Of a stretch of 64,000 nt of DNA, positions 45,186 through 58,079 are shown piece after piece (position 1 is the stretch's first letter; each line of letters starts with the position of its first letter). The stretch comes from Yuukianura sp. NJ FZ-2021 (lineage: Eukaryota). A model generated the notes under the pieces. That model was not told the DNA's origin and did no database searches. It saw nothing but the letters and a program-made list of their open reading frames with translations. The stretch is from NCBI GenBank assembly GCA_046563655.1, contig CM102285.1:6324001-6388000 (forward strand), given 5' to 3'. The position numbers and the translations under genes are program-made.

Positions 45186-48100
45186 ATGGCTTCCAACTCT
45201 AATCAAACATCTGCAGCTGTGCCCGGTGGGACCGTAACAAGTTACCATTTTTTAAACAAAAAATTCGATACTGATTCCATTACAAAACTTAACGAGGACA
45301 ATTATATAACGTGGAAACTGAGGTTAGAAAGCTTGTTTAGAGCACATTTTAAAGGTAGTCAATGGGACTACGCCAAGACCTGCAAATGCAGGCGTTGACC
45401 AGAGCAAGTGGGACAAGCATAATAACGAGGCAATAAGTTGCATTTATCTTTGTATCAAAGACAAAGAACTAAGTTCCATTGCAAGTTGTTCCACTGCTGC
45501 AGAAGCATAGAACAAACTGGCAACAATTCATCAAGACGTAAGCGGAGAGTCAAAAGGACTGCTCTGGCAAAAATTCTAGCACGTCAAAACAAGCAGCGAT
45601 AAAAGCGCTCTTCAGGCAATGATAGAAATCCAAAACCTTGCGGTTCAATTGAGGTCATTAGGCTCCGTCGTAGACGAGGAGTCTGAAGTCTCGAGAGTTA
45701 TCACCAGTTTGGATGATAACAAATACAAGCATTTTAAGGAAGTCGGTCGAAAGTTCAAGGAGAACGACAGGAAATCTCCTGTCACGACTTAAAGCTTTGG
45801 ATTTAGAGCAACCTAAAGAAAAACAGGCTGATGAGTCAGCATCAAAATCCTTTTCTTCTAATGAAGGTAAGGAGGGGAAATTTAACAACCGCAAAGACAA
45901 GTCAAATGATATTTGCAGAATTTGCTCCAAGAAGGGGCATCGGGCGAGAGACTGTTTTCATAAAAATACTCCTGTCTCATACAAAAATATTCCCAAGGGT
46001 ACAAAAATACGCCCGAACACAGGGACCTATAAACGAGACTCAAATTGGAAACCCAATGAGCAGGGAAAACGGGAAAACAGAGATAGAAATGCCTACATGG
46101 TATGGCAGATCTAGATCTAGTCGATCTAGCAGAACAATGGATAAACGATTCTGGCGCAGATCAACATTACTGTGGAAATCGAGAATTGTTCTCAGATTTC
46201 ACAGTCTATGAGAAACCCAAAGAAATTCACATGGCAAATAACATGTGCAGTTACGCTGAGGGCTTTGGCACGGTCAAAGTAAATGCTTTTAAACAAGGAA
46301 GATGGGAAGAAATTGAATTACATAACGTGGATTACATTCCCCAAGGAGTAAACCTTGTTTCAGAAAACGCGCTTCTAGAAAAAGGTTTTGAAGTAATAAA
46401 GAATAAATTTGGGGATATAACGTTCTTTTGGAACAATGAGCCGGATCTTGAAGCCGTTCGGAAGGACGGGCTTCAATTCTTGAAATTCAAGCCCATAAAA
46501 AGAAAACATGCTTTCACCTGCATAAAAGAGGTAACATGGCATAAGCGCCTTGCCCATATTAATGGTGAATTTCTAAAATTGACAAAAGAGAAAGAAGCTG
46601 CTCTTGGATTAGAGCAAATGAAGGAGGAAGATTTTACTTGTGACTCCTGTCTTTTGGAAAAATCAAAGAAACAAGGGTATAAATCCAGCCAGACGGAAAG
46701 CAATTTCAAAGAGGGTGAATGTCTTCACCTTGATCTGGGTTATGCAAATACCACCTCGAAAAAGGGAAATAAATATTTCCTCGTCATTAAAGATCAGGCA
46801 AGCAACTTCAGGCAAGTGTATGCGCAGAAGACTAAATATGAGACTGTGAAAAATATTAAGGACGCTGTTCACTTTATCGCTAATCAAACGGGAAATTATG
46901 TCAAAGTCATTCGAAGTGACAATGGCACTGAAATAATTAATGAGGAGTTAAAACAGTTTGTGTCTCAAAAAGGAATACAGTTGGGCACAAATGCTCCTTA
47001 CTCAAGCGCGAGCAACGGTTTTATCGAAAGGGACATCAGAACCATTCAGGATGCAACTCGTACAATGATAATAGAGGCAAATTTAAATGACACTTTCTGG
47101 GAAGATGCAGTAAAAACCTCAGTCTATTTTCTGAACAGAACTCTATCTTCCCGTAATAAAGTCAAAACGCCGTATGAGCTGATTTTTGGTAAAAAGCCAA
47201 AATTACATCATGTCAAGACATTTGGATGCGAAGCTTTCGCGCATAAAATGACAAACGCAAATAAGTGGGAAGAGAAAGCAACAAGATGCATTCTGGTGGG
47301 GTACAACTCCGCCAACCATTTGTATAGGCTCTACAGCCCAGAAAATCATGTTTACCTTGAACAAACAAAACACGTGTCACTTAACGAAAAGGTTGAAAAA
47401 ATCAAAATCAGAAATATCTGTCAAGAAGATATCACCGCAATAGAGACACTTCCAACGTCACAGACAAAAATTGATACCTTGGATACGTCAAAATCTGATC
47501 CTGCCAGCAATAAAATTGTTTTAAGGAAGGATTTGACAGGAGAATACAGAATTGTTTCTCCCGCAAAAGACGAAAAACTTAACGCGGATTGTGATTATGT
47601 AAATATTGAAAATTTAAAAATCAAATCAGACACTGAAAATAATTCAGTCGAAATGACACCGGAACTCACGCATGACAATGAGTCTCTTAACGCAAGAGAC
47701 TCATCGTTAATACTACTGCTGGTAGTACTGAAAACACACTGCGCAGGTCCGCTCGCTTGTTGGCCAAAAATGCAAAATTCCAAATGTTTGTACTACAAAC
47801 TGTTCCCAACTCTTACAAAGAGGCCATTCGAACACAAGAAGCTGACGAATGGAAACAGGCAATGGAAGATGAGTTCAAAAGTCAACTCCAAAACAAATGT
47901 GGATTTTAGTATCAAGACCATTGGAAAGAAAAATACTCAAAAACCGATGGGTATTTCGCATTAAGACCAACCCTGACGGAACAATTGAGAAATATAAAGC
48001 CAGATTAGTAGTAAAAGGCTTTAATCAAGTAGAAGGGGTCGATTACGAAGAAACGTTTGCCCCGGTTTGTCGTTATGAAACAATTCGAATAATGCTGGCC

Positions 48101-49441
48101 CTAGCTGCTCAAGAAAGCTGGGATATGATTCAATTTGATATTGCCACAGCTTTCTTGAATAGCAATTTAGACGAAGAAATATACATGGAGCAACCTGAAG
48201 GTTTCGAAGTTCAAGGTACTAGCATTAAAGGAGAGAGTTTAATCTGTCTCCTTAAGAAGGGCTTGTACGGACTCAAGCAAGCGCCATGGTGCTGGAATAA
48301 TACTCTGAACAACGAACTTCAAAAATTAGGGTTTTCCGCTCTCACGTCCGATTATTGTGGTTACAAGAGAGCACAGGAGAACAAAGTTACTTTCATCATA
48401 ATTTATGTCGATGATGGCATAATTATTGGAAATGACAAAAAGGAAAATCAACAAATCTTAGCAAAATTACAAAATGTCTTTAAATTGACAGTAGGAAACT
48501 TGACCAAGTTTCTTGGCATAGAGATCAAGCAAAAGAAAAATAGCATTGTTAATAGTCAAAAAGGGTACATTGAATCTATGTTGGAAAGGTTCAATATGTC
48601 CAATTGTAAACCACTCAACATTCCAATGAGCCCTGGTTTACAACTCAAAACAGCAGAGACAAAAGGCAATTCAGACTTTGAATATCAGGAATTAGTAGGA
48701 TCTTTATTGTTCCTGGCTATATGTACTAGACCAGACAATGTTCACTATCTGTCACGTTTCTTTGGCGCCTATGACAAAGATCATTGGGAAGCCGCCAAAA
48801 ACATTCTGAGATATCTAAAAGGGACAGCAGACTTGTCCATAGAATATAAAAAGGACTCGACCTTGACACTGGACGGTTATGTTGACGCAGATTATGGCTC
48901 AGACATCAACACAAGAAAGTCAACTACGGGTTGTCTATTCACCATAAATGAAGCACCTATAATCTGGCTAAGCAGACGACAAACTTGCATTGCGTTATCT
49001 AGCACCGAAGCAGAGTACATTGCTCTGTCTCATGCAGGAAAAGAATCTATCTGGTTGAGACACATTTTGGCTGAATGTGGTCACCCTCAAGAGCAAGTTG
49101 TCATTCAAACTGATTCCCAGAGTGCTATTAAACTTGCAAAAAACCCGGAATATCACGACAAGACAAAACACATTGACATCCGCCATCACTACATACGCAA
49201 CTTGATGGACAAAAAATTGGTCACGTTACAGCACACTCCTGATAGTGTTCAACCGGCGGATATCCTGCCCAAGGCAGTTAACAAAGAAACTTTTCTGAGA
49301 AAAAGAAAATTAATGGGACTTGATGAACATCCCACATCCTATGCACATGCAGTAAAAAGGAAAATTTTAAAGACGACTGTCAGTTCTACTCCAGAGTCCG
49401 CGACGACAACCAACTCTAGTGCAACATTTAAAACTGGCAAA
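45186..49441 (+). pseudogene. Copia gag-pol (gag, PR, IN, RT, RNase H)
   Basis: KLNEDNYITW, CRICSKKGHRARDC, WINDSGADQHY, WHKRLAH, IRSDNGTE, KARLVVKGF, LYGLKQA, IYVDD, YVDADY, KTKHIDIRHH; several stops/frameshifts. Confidence 0.95.
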
Positions 49442-51082
49442 ATGCATTTCATTTGCTGCCTTCTTCTTCTGATCACCATGGGTACCATCGGAGATGGCTC
49501 AGTGGTTCCTGCTCATTTGGTCAATTTGTTATCTGGCGTCAAAATCCTACTCCCGTTGTGACTCCAATCCAGAATTAAACTTGTGTCGCCGTGTGATCTT
49601 CTTTCACCACACAACACCGGAAGTCGGTTCATCAATGAAGTTATTGATAAGTGCGAGGACAATTATCACGAGATTGTACTGGACAATTTGAAAAAGATCT
49701 GCCCTCCACAACCAAATACCTCAATGACAAGAGGGAAGAGAGAGTTATTTCTTACCATTGGTATTTTGGTAGTTGCCGCCATTGCCACCACCGGCATTGG
49801 ACAAGGTGGACTAGCTCTTACCAAATCAATGTCTGTTCAAACAAGACAAGAAGAAATGAAAATTGTGCTAGACGACCTCGAGAAAAAAGTTTTCTGAAAC
49901 TTTGAAATCAACAAGAGTGTGCTACAAAAAGAAATTCTTAAATTGGCTGGAAAATTGGATCAAATTCGCAATCAAGTTCTGAATAGCCAACAAGAAGCTG
50001 TGGAATGGGCATACGTCGTTTCATATTTAATGGGTCGGATGTTAGAAGGAAGACAAGTCATACTTCAGACTGGAGAACTGTGGCGCAGCCGTCAACTAAG
50101 TAATGATTTCTTCTCTTACTTCAACATCACCTTACCTTGCGGAAGTAATTGCCCTGTGACCCACGGCAGCTTTACTGGATGCTATATGGATGACGACGAT
50201 GAAATCCATTTGGATTTTACCGTTCCAAACGTCGATCCGTCACTGATCCTTTTCGAGGCTGACACTTTCAAAATACGACAAACTGTAGGAAACAAAACAT
50301 GTTTTCTTCAATATCGCGGTCCAAAGTCTGTCATCATGTCTACCACACGTGACTGCATCTTTGATACCTTCAATGAAAAATTGAACAAGAACTTTATTTT
50401 GAGCACGACGCAAACTTGCAAAAATTCGCTGCAGAAAACTCAGCAGGAATATTTCCAAGTAGATACTTGTGAAGCTACACAAACACCATTACCACCTTTC
50501 ACCCAAGTGAAATTCTATGACAACGAATATTATATCTACTGTCCGTCCAGCAACATAGAATACAATGGAAGAAAAATTCCGTGTTCTAACAGTATGTTCA
50601 CCCTTCCACTGTCAACATCATTTACGTTAAATGGGGTCAATTATACTGGAAATATTTTACAAAAAATATACACGGAAACAGAAGATCCAATTCTAAGAAG
50701 CCAGTTGAATTGGCATCTCAATCCGGTGAAAGCGTCTAATCAATCCGTGGAAGAACTTGAGAAGTTTTGGAACAAAGAAATACAGGACATAGAAGAAAAG
50801 ACGCACCACATTAAAGAATTTGAATTTTCGGATTCATTCTCGTCAAACAATTGGTGGGGATTGGCAGTCCTTCTCATTCTCATCCCTGGAAGTTTGATTG
50901 CCATGAAGATGGGAGTTCAATATTACAGGAGACGCCGAAACTTTCTAACCAGGCGACGTCAAATAGCAACACGCGCAAGTCCTCCAGGAATTGAAATGGA
51001 GGTTTTGAATCCACCTGTCCCACGTCAACAACCTGTACCGAAAACTCCAACTATCAGTAATCATCACATTATTATCAGTTAG
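49442..51082 (+). pseudogene. Class I fusion (env/F-like) glycoprotein, family B
   Basis: Signal MHFICCLLLLITMGTIGDG; RGKR at 49730-49741; hydrophobic ELFLTIGILVVAAIATTGIGQGGLAL; heptad repeat; Cys-rich domain with NTS/NIT/NKT/NYT/NQS sequons; TM WWGLAVLLILIPGSLIAM; RRRR tail. Same frame as RT-RH, with TGA at 49559 and 49895. Confidence 0.88.
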
Positions 51083-52274
51083 ATTTACAGGTAACATATT
51101 CTTGTTTGAGAAGGGTGTTAAAAATATGGTTAGCATAATTTAAATCATACAAACAAGAATATGCGTCACATTAGGAATTTAGAATTAGGACATCTACCTC
51201 TACTGACGTAAATGTAAATAAGGTCAAATGAGCAAACAGGATTTGGTAAACTAATTTTAAGGAGGTAATTAAGTCACCTCATTTAGTTTACAATAACATA
51301 ATAGACAAGGACAAGGAAAGTCATAGTTGACGTAGGTTCCAGGATATAACGTAAGAAATAGTTTTTATCAAGGACACTAGGTCAAATGACTAATGTCAAA
51401 TTTCAAGTTAGCGTAACCATATAAATACCAATCACCTAGATAGGAAAAAGTGTCAGTGGTGCCTCGTGGTTAAAACTCCAAGTTTATTGTTATAATAAAA
51501 CCTCAAAAATCCAAACGCTGCGATTTACGACTGAGTTTATTATCAACTTTCAACAAATTACGTCGGTTTTACGAAAAAAAATCGTTTTTCTGGTCTCTTC
51601 TATTTTTCCCTGCAGGTGTGCATCAATAATTAATTTTCTACCACTGGTATTAGCTAACTTTGTTTTGGTCCAGGGGATAGAGTCCCCACCCCGAAAAAGG
51701 TCACTTTCGCCGTTTCGCCCGACAGGTGTTCATTGTTCAATCCCACCTCGGGTCGAATTCTTTTTTTTCGCGTTGTGAAACGAGAATGGTGCTAGAAGTG
51801 TTTTTGAACAATGAGAAACCACTTCCGTGTTTCAGAATTTCAGATTTCGAAAAACGGCCAAGAGCCAGTCCTCGTAAGTTAGGTTTTTTTTTTATAAATT
51901 AAGTGGAGTTGATGAAATTAAAAAAAAAATTAGCACAACATGTCCATTTCCGGCTCCGACTCCATCATGTGGCGCCGCAATTTTATCTGTGGGCCACTCG
52001 ATCAATGGATTTCGGATTATGTTGAATTTTGGATCCAGTGGCTATTTGGTGACGGGGTAAATACGAAAAAACAGGAATTATGTGTAATCTCACAATAATA
52101 CATTTGCTGACTTCTTTTCTTTCAGTCAAGCTATGAATGCAGTGACTTCCGCAATGCACTTGACGTGCAGAAGAATTCAAGCTCTTATGGCAAAGTTGGA
52201 TGCGTAAGTTGAAGTCTAGTTAATATTACTCGTAACAATTCATTAATTAAATTCCACAAATTTTTCCCATACAC

Positions 52275-52428
52275 GCGGAATCTAGGAAGGTGGGCATGGA
52301 GAAAGGAGGCTCCTACAAAGGAACGGGCGGTTGCAGGTTCGGTATTCCCCCCTGGGGGGTACTGAGCTAGCACTGCTACAACCACGTTCCTCCCGGGCAC
52401 CGCAAACGGAAAGGATTGCGCCAAGGAG
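52275..52428 (+). other. Conserved structured RNA element (copy 2)
   Basis: Reverse-complement homolog of 16078-16232 with compensatory stem changes. Confidence 0.6.
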
Positions 52429-52434
52429 AAATTA

Positions 52435-54261
52435 GGGGTTCTCATGGTGGTGGATTATTATCCAAATTCTGATTTTTTTTCAGAATTGGTTCTTTTTTCA
52501 CGGGCGCGAAATTCAAAAAGTGGATTATAATCCCTTTTTCCTCGGAACTTCTCTGGAGTGTTTCTTTTTGAAAAGAATCCGATTCCCTCTGTCTCTTTAT
52601 TCGGTTTTCAAAGTTGCCGCTAGTTTTCAGTTGTTTGATCTAGATTAATTAGTAGTTATATCCGTGTAACTCCAATGCCAAAGGTCCGACACCCCTCTAG
52701 TGATAGTGCGGTTACTCCATCATCGTTCAAATAGACACATTAAATTAAAGCTGGGATGGCTGAGTACATTGTTGCACATTATGAAGCCTACAAGGGGAGA
52801 AAATGGGAAAAGGAGCTCGGAAGACTAAGTATCGTCAATTTAATGAATCTGTTTATTAGTTAAATGTTTTATTTTTGATTTGTTTTGATACTTTATAGAA
52901 TGTTGGCGACAAGGGTGGTCGAAAGCTACGTTATCTTCGCAATATGCGCGACAATCTCAAGTTCGACTGCACCGATCAGCAATTGAAAAATGGATTTAAC
53001 AAGTTCATCAGTAAATACATAGAAATTGGACAAAAGCTAAACTCTAGCGGATTTGGTGTGGATCCTGACGTTGACAGTGCCCTTGATAAAGGTGACCTGA
53101 AATAAACCTGACAGAAAACACGAAAATATAACCCAGGAAATGTTATCATTACATCGTGCTGAAAATAGCAAACAAGAATATATTATAGTTATGACTCATC
53201 ATGTGTGGTAATGACTAATCTTGATCTAGGACACATTTATCTTAATTAGAATAAGAATAGGATTTGGTGGCATATTAATTATCAGGTGATTAGGTTGAGG
53301 TTAGCGTCATTAATACGATAGGCATTGTATTAGGTCATTACCTCCTTAGACTCTAAGAACACGACGTTTTAATTAACGTTATGCAAATATGACTAATGCT
53401 AATTGTAGGTCAGTTAAGTAGTATAAATACTGCCCTGTTAGATCAGTGTGTAACTGATCAGTGTGTGCCTCGTAAGCTTTGAAATAAGAAGTTTATTGTT
53501 ATTCTAAATAATATCAACAAAATCCAAAGTGTGCAGTTTCAGTGACGCTGATTTATTCAAAATCTTCAACACATCGCCTTGTGCTTTAGGTTGGATCATA
53601 AAGCAATGTCCATACGTTGAAATTTTGGACGAAGTAATGGGTACACGACCGAACATTACACCTTCTTTTGTTTTGGCTTCTGATGATTTTGAGAGATTGG
53701 AGTACCCGACGAAATTGTTACACAAGATTCAACAGTACTTGAAGCTGTGGGAGATACTGATATAATTCTGCTCTGCTGGTCCCAGCCCAACTGACGATGG
53801 AACTGACAAAACTAGTCCAATTGCCAAATTGATCAAATCGTCGTTTTTGCGCGTTGGTGTCAAGGAGAAACCGTCAAACGTTCCCAAATCTGGATTAGCA
53901 ATTTTTGCACAGATGATAAAGAAGAAGTCAGATGACATTAGGTCGGTGGAGGCAAAAAAGCTAAAATTGGACGAGGAAAAACCCTAATGCACGATGAACG
54001 ATCCATTTGCATATGCTGGCGAAACCGCATTAACTGCTTTTCAATTTTTGACGGCATCCTTAACTGTTTTTAAGTGATAAACAAATAACTGAAATCAACT
54101 AGTGAAGCAGAGGTTACCACTACTTACAAATTCTATCCCGCCTAAAAGTCCGATTATAATCTTTTTTTAGAAACTGTCCACTCAAGCAGAAGGATTATAA
54201 ACCGAGAAAAAAAGAATCGCTTTTAAAAAGAATCGGATTATTTTTTGGGCCGTGAGAACCC
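52435..54261 (+). mobile_element. PIF/Harbinger-type non-autonomous element with Myb/SANT-like gene remnant
   Basis: Ends GGGTTCTCATGG / CCGTGAGAACCC flanked by TTA; subterminal GGATTA/AAGAATC repeats; spliced remnant ...QLKNGFNKFISKY...SSGFGVD / CPYVEILDEVMGTRPNITP. Confidence 0.7.
53157..53571 (+). mobile_element. Solo LTR related to the env-copia LTR
   Basis: TG...TTCAACA, 415 bp, TSD CATCG (53152-53156, 53572-53576); TATAAATAC, AAGTTTATTGTTAT and AAAATCCAAA blocks shared in order with 44654-45093. Confidence 0.8.
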
Positions 54262-54589
54262 TTATTCACAATTTCCACAATTACAAGTTTCAACCAGAAT
54301 TCTGGAATGCAAATCCTCTTCTAGACCCATCTAAAAGCAATAAATTTTAGAATAATTTGAATTAAAATTTACTTAGTACTATGACTGCAACACTATCTAA
54401 TAGCACGTTGAGTAAGGTAGACAGTAGATTAAGTATTGTGAAATTCCAAGATTGATGTAAGCAGGAATCCAGTGTTTTCAAACTAATCTAACTTCACTAT
54501 TTGAAAATTCAAAATTCCACTGTTAGGCAAGAAAACGGAACAACAAAACTTTCTCTTTTTGTACTTCTAAATCTTCCCATATCTATAAG

Positions 54590-54723
54590 TAATACATAGA
54601 GGTGCAGTAGTTCATCTTTTGTTTGTGTGAGGAGTGTTGTGTGTGCAAGTGCGCAAGGTCATTCACTCGCACTTGAGCGTGAGAGATATGAATAAAAGTC
54701 AGTCAATCACTAGCATCCAACAC
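54590..54723 (+). mobile_element. 3' end and short LTR of a relative of the 87-bp-LTR element
   Basis: ATAGAGGTGCAGTAG...GGAG-TGTT...GTGCAAGTGCGCAAGGTCAT...TATGAATAAA...AGCATCCAACA matches the reverse complement of 15600-15730. Confidence 0.85.
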
Positions 54724-54781
54724 AATGCACTGAAGTTTCATTCAAGTGGCAAAAAAAGTTCAATGATTGCCATTCAATAAT

Positions 54782-55020
54782 TTGTTCAATTGGCCGTGAG
54801 TTAGTTGGGGATCATCCCCCTTCGGACACGAAGGCTATCGTCGTTCCCACAGATTGCAACCACGTGTTGCATTGATAAGAAAAAATAATTTGACCTAGTT
54901 TTGTTTTCGCATTGAAATGTTTTTGAAATTGATCAATTGTTTTTTTTTTAGGGTTTGTAGGATCTACTGGTCGACATCCAAAAATACTGAATGCATCGGA
55001 CGTAAAGATGAAGTGGTGTA
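54782..55020 (+). pseudogene. Possible degenerate RING finger exon(s)
   Basis: CSIGREL...VVPTDCNHVLH followed by intron-like AT-rich sequence; second Cys not conserved. Confidence 0.3.
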
Positions 55021-58000
55021 AGATTTTTTCAAGTTTTTCTTAGTTATGTGTAGCTCTAGGTATGTGTAGTTTTAGTCCTGCTTTGTTTTTTTTTTTTGCG
55101 GTTTTGCGGTGTGCTATCGTGGAGTAAAAACCATGGGAGAACAAGTCGATGGGCAGAGAATCTACTTCTTCTCCCACGATGGGGCGCAGGTGGCAAGTGA
55201 AAACGCCAATAACATGTAAGTGTTTTTTTTTTGTTTCGCAAAATATTATCATAGAATAAAAGTTGAAACGTATTTTTTCATTTTAGTGCTTTGATGAGAG
55301 AGATTCGTACTGTTCTCGGCGACATTCAGAGGAGGATTGCTGCGTTGCATATGCAAAGTGTGTTGTAAGTGAATTTCTTTTCAAAATGTTTAAGAATAAT
55401 TTGAATTTCATTGTCAAGAAAAAAAATTTGTCTTTGTTTTTCTTTGTTTTCAGAGCCAGTAGAGCTACTGAGGTCGAATGTGGTTCGGCTCAGAAGACTG
55501 CGGCCATTTAGCTCCAGTTGGAGCTGAATGAAAGAGAAACGGAGCAGAATTCAAAGACGCAATCGTGGTGAGTGTAACATGCTCAGTAAAGTTTTGTCAA
55601 TTTGATTTCTACTTGGTTGATTTATGACGTTTTGTGTTGCAGAAAAACAACTTTGGCGAACAACGTTTCCTTGATGAACAGCATTAACGCATGCCTGTCA
55701 ACGTTGGAGAAACGGATTCAACAATTGAATGAAAAAATGAAAGATTCTGCATTTTTTTTGCGGAAACAATGGCTTTTTCGGCTGAACGCTGCAAACAGGA
55801 ATCCGTCGATGAACTTGCCCGTTCAACATGTGAGTTTTTAGCCAGCGGGAATAAATAAAACCGGGGCGGAAAGAGATAGAGCGGCAGGAGCCGGGGAGGA
55901 AGCACTCAAGGAAGGTTCGTCTGTGACAGAAGCCGGGGCGAGAGTCACCAAGGCCAGAGCGGGAAAACCCGGCGACGTAGGAGCGGGAGTCATAAAGGTC
56001 GCAGCGGATCGAGCGAGAGTGACTAAGGAATTTATTCAAAAAACTACAAAAAAAAATGTTTGATTTTTGATTCATTTTATGCTTGAGTTTTTTTTTTGTA
56101 CTTGTGTTGAGAAGTGTGAGAAAAAGTGTAAGAATCTTTACATTAAATTTATGGCTTCTCGTCACATATCAAAGGCAAAAGCAATAAAATGAGACTTGAC
56201 TTGACACAACACAGTTGCCGCTTTGTGATATTGTAAACCCGATCAATGGGCTTTAAAAAATGATTTTATGTAACCTTTGTTTTGCTAAACGTGTACAAAT
56301 CAAAGATCTAGAGTTAAAAAGGAACAGGCGTTTCAACATAGGGGGTCTAGAACGAGAGTTTATTTCAGTTTGAAGAAAATGAAGACTTTGCCAACTCTTC
56401 ATAATTTTTGTGTTTAAAATTTTGAAAAACGTTTTCCAAAAGGGCATAAAGTACATGCCTTTCTGGGACAAAACGTGCAAGTTTGTGCGACAGAGTCGGA
56501 AGAAAGTGCAGCTGCAGTTGAAAACACCGGAAAATACGGGCAACGGCTCGGAAATGAACGGAATTCGCTCGGCTGTAAGTACCCGTATTTTTTTTTAGTA
56601 ATTAGGGTTGTTTGTACAACATTTTAAAAATTCAAATTTCAGTTTGTGCAAGATGTAACAAAACTTGAGACTTTGGTTTTGATTCTACAAAGCCAGTAGG
56701 TTTTGAACCTGAGATTTTTTAAATTTTTAAATTTTGTTTGAATCCTTAAAAGTGTTCGTTTTCTAAAGTTGACGCGTCAATCACGGAAAATCTAACACAA
56801 GCGCAGCACCATGCCTGTTGCTACTTGTAGTTTGTGCGAGTTCTCAATTATAGATAACAATCCAGCATTTGTGGAAATTTCTGGTGCCCATGCAACTGCT
56901 TGGGTAACGGAATGTTTTGTTAAATTGTTAAAGCGTTATTTGGGGGTTGTATTTTAAGTCTAATTTTAGATTTTGTGTTCGGCGGGAAACCTGAATATAG
57001 TTTTTGTGGGTGGAGTTGCGTAGCGTCTGGCCTTGGGCAGATTGTTGTCCGTTAGGAATAAGTATACAAGTTTTTTTTTGGAATTAACTATTGAAGTATG
57101 AGATTTTGACAGTACAAGAAGGCCATTGGTTTTAAGTCATAAGTTTGTCAATTCTTGATTTGATTTTAAAATGGGAATAATTTCACAAATCGGTAATTAA
57201 AAGTGTAAAATTTGAAATCAGAAGTCTTGTTTTGGATGACATTGATTCTTAGCGTGGTCCGACAAATTATTGTGAACGAAGATTTAGCGGTTAGGAAATT
57301 CAACTTTCCGTTGAATAGTTTAGCTATTTAACAGTTTGGCACACCTTTCACTGGTGAGTTTAAATTTTTTTTGGAAAAAATAATTTTTTAAGATTGTAGA
57401 TGAACTAATTTGTGAATTTTGATTTAGGAGATCATAAAAATCATTGCGGTTGGAACAGTAATCAACACCCATGATCAAAGCTGAATGTACTTTTTTTTGT
57501 TTATAATTTGTAATTTTATTCTTAATTTTATTTAAAGTATTTTTCTTACGGCTCTCCTTGGGCCCTAAGCCCATAGAGCCTTTGGCAATGATACATTATA
57601 TTTTGAGTTTGGGGGATATTAATTAGTTTAGAATATTGGGGTAAAAGACAAGAGTTTAGAGACAGTTATTTTGAAATGATTCGAATTGAATTAAATTTAG
57701 ACCAGCTTGTTGCAGAAAAGAAAAATAAAAGAAAAGGTAAAGTTTTGAATTAGGAGTTTGCGTCCCAATGATTGATGTGGACGGTCGGTCTGTAGATCAT
57801 CGCGGTTCTTCAAATTTTGGCTGCAATCTTTTTCAGTTCCATGTCTCGATTGTGCTCTCTTACTGCTTTCTTCCTTCCTCGTTGTTTAATCTCCTTTAGA
57901 ATTCTGATGATGAGTAAGGTTAGCAGCGACGTGTTGATGACAAGAATTAACAGGAATAAAATCTGTTATTTGCCTTGGCATGTCCTATCACTGGCGCGAT

Positions 58001-58079
58001 CCTACACTAAAATACGCCCCGAATTCCTCTTTCAATTAACTCTCTCAAATATTCAAAGCCCACACTAACACATAATATA

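Larger units (their letters stand above)
44654..51555 (+). mobile_element. Full-length Ty1/copia provirus with env-like gene (family B)
   Basis: 440-bp LTRs 44654-45093 and 51116-51555 (about 9 substitutions by eye), TSD AATCA/AATTA, PBS CGTTATCAGCA at 45094, PPT GAGAAGGG at 51108-51115. Confidence 0.97.

Noticed and set aside
55060..57060. Exon-like segments with short introns
   Set aside because: Could not assemble a consistent reading frame or identify a domain.
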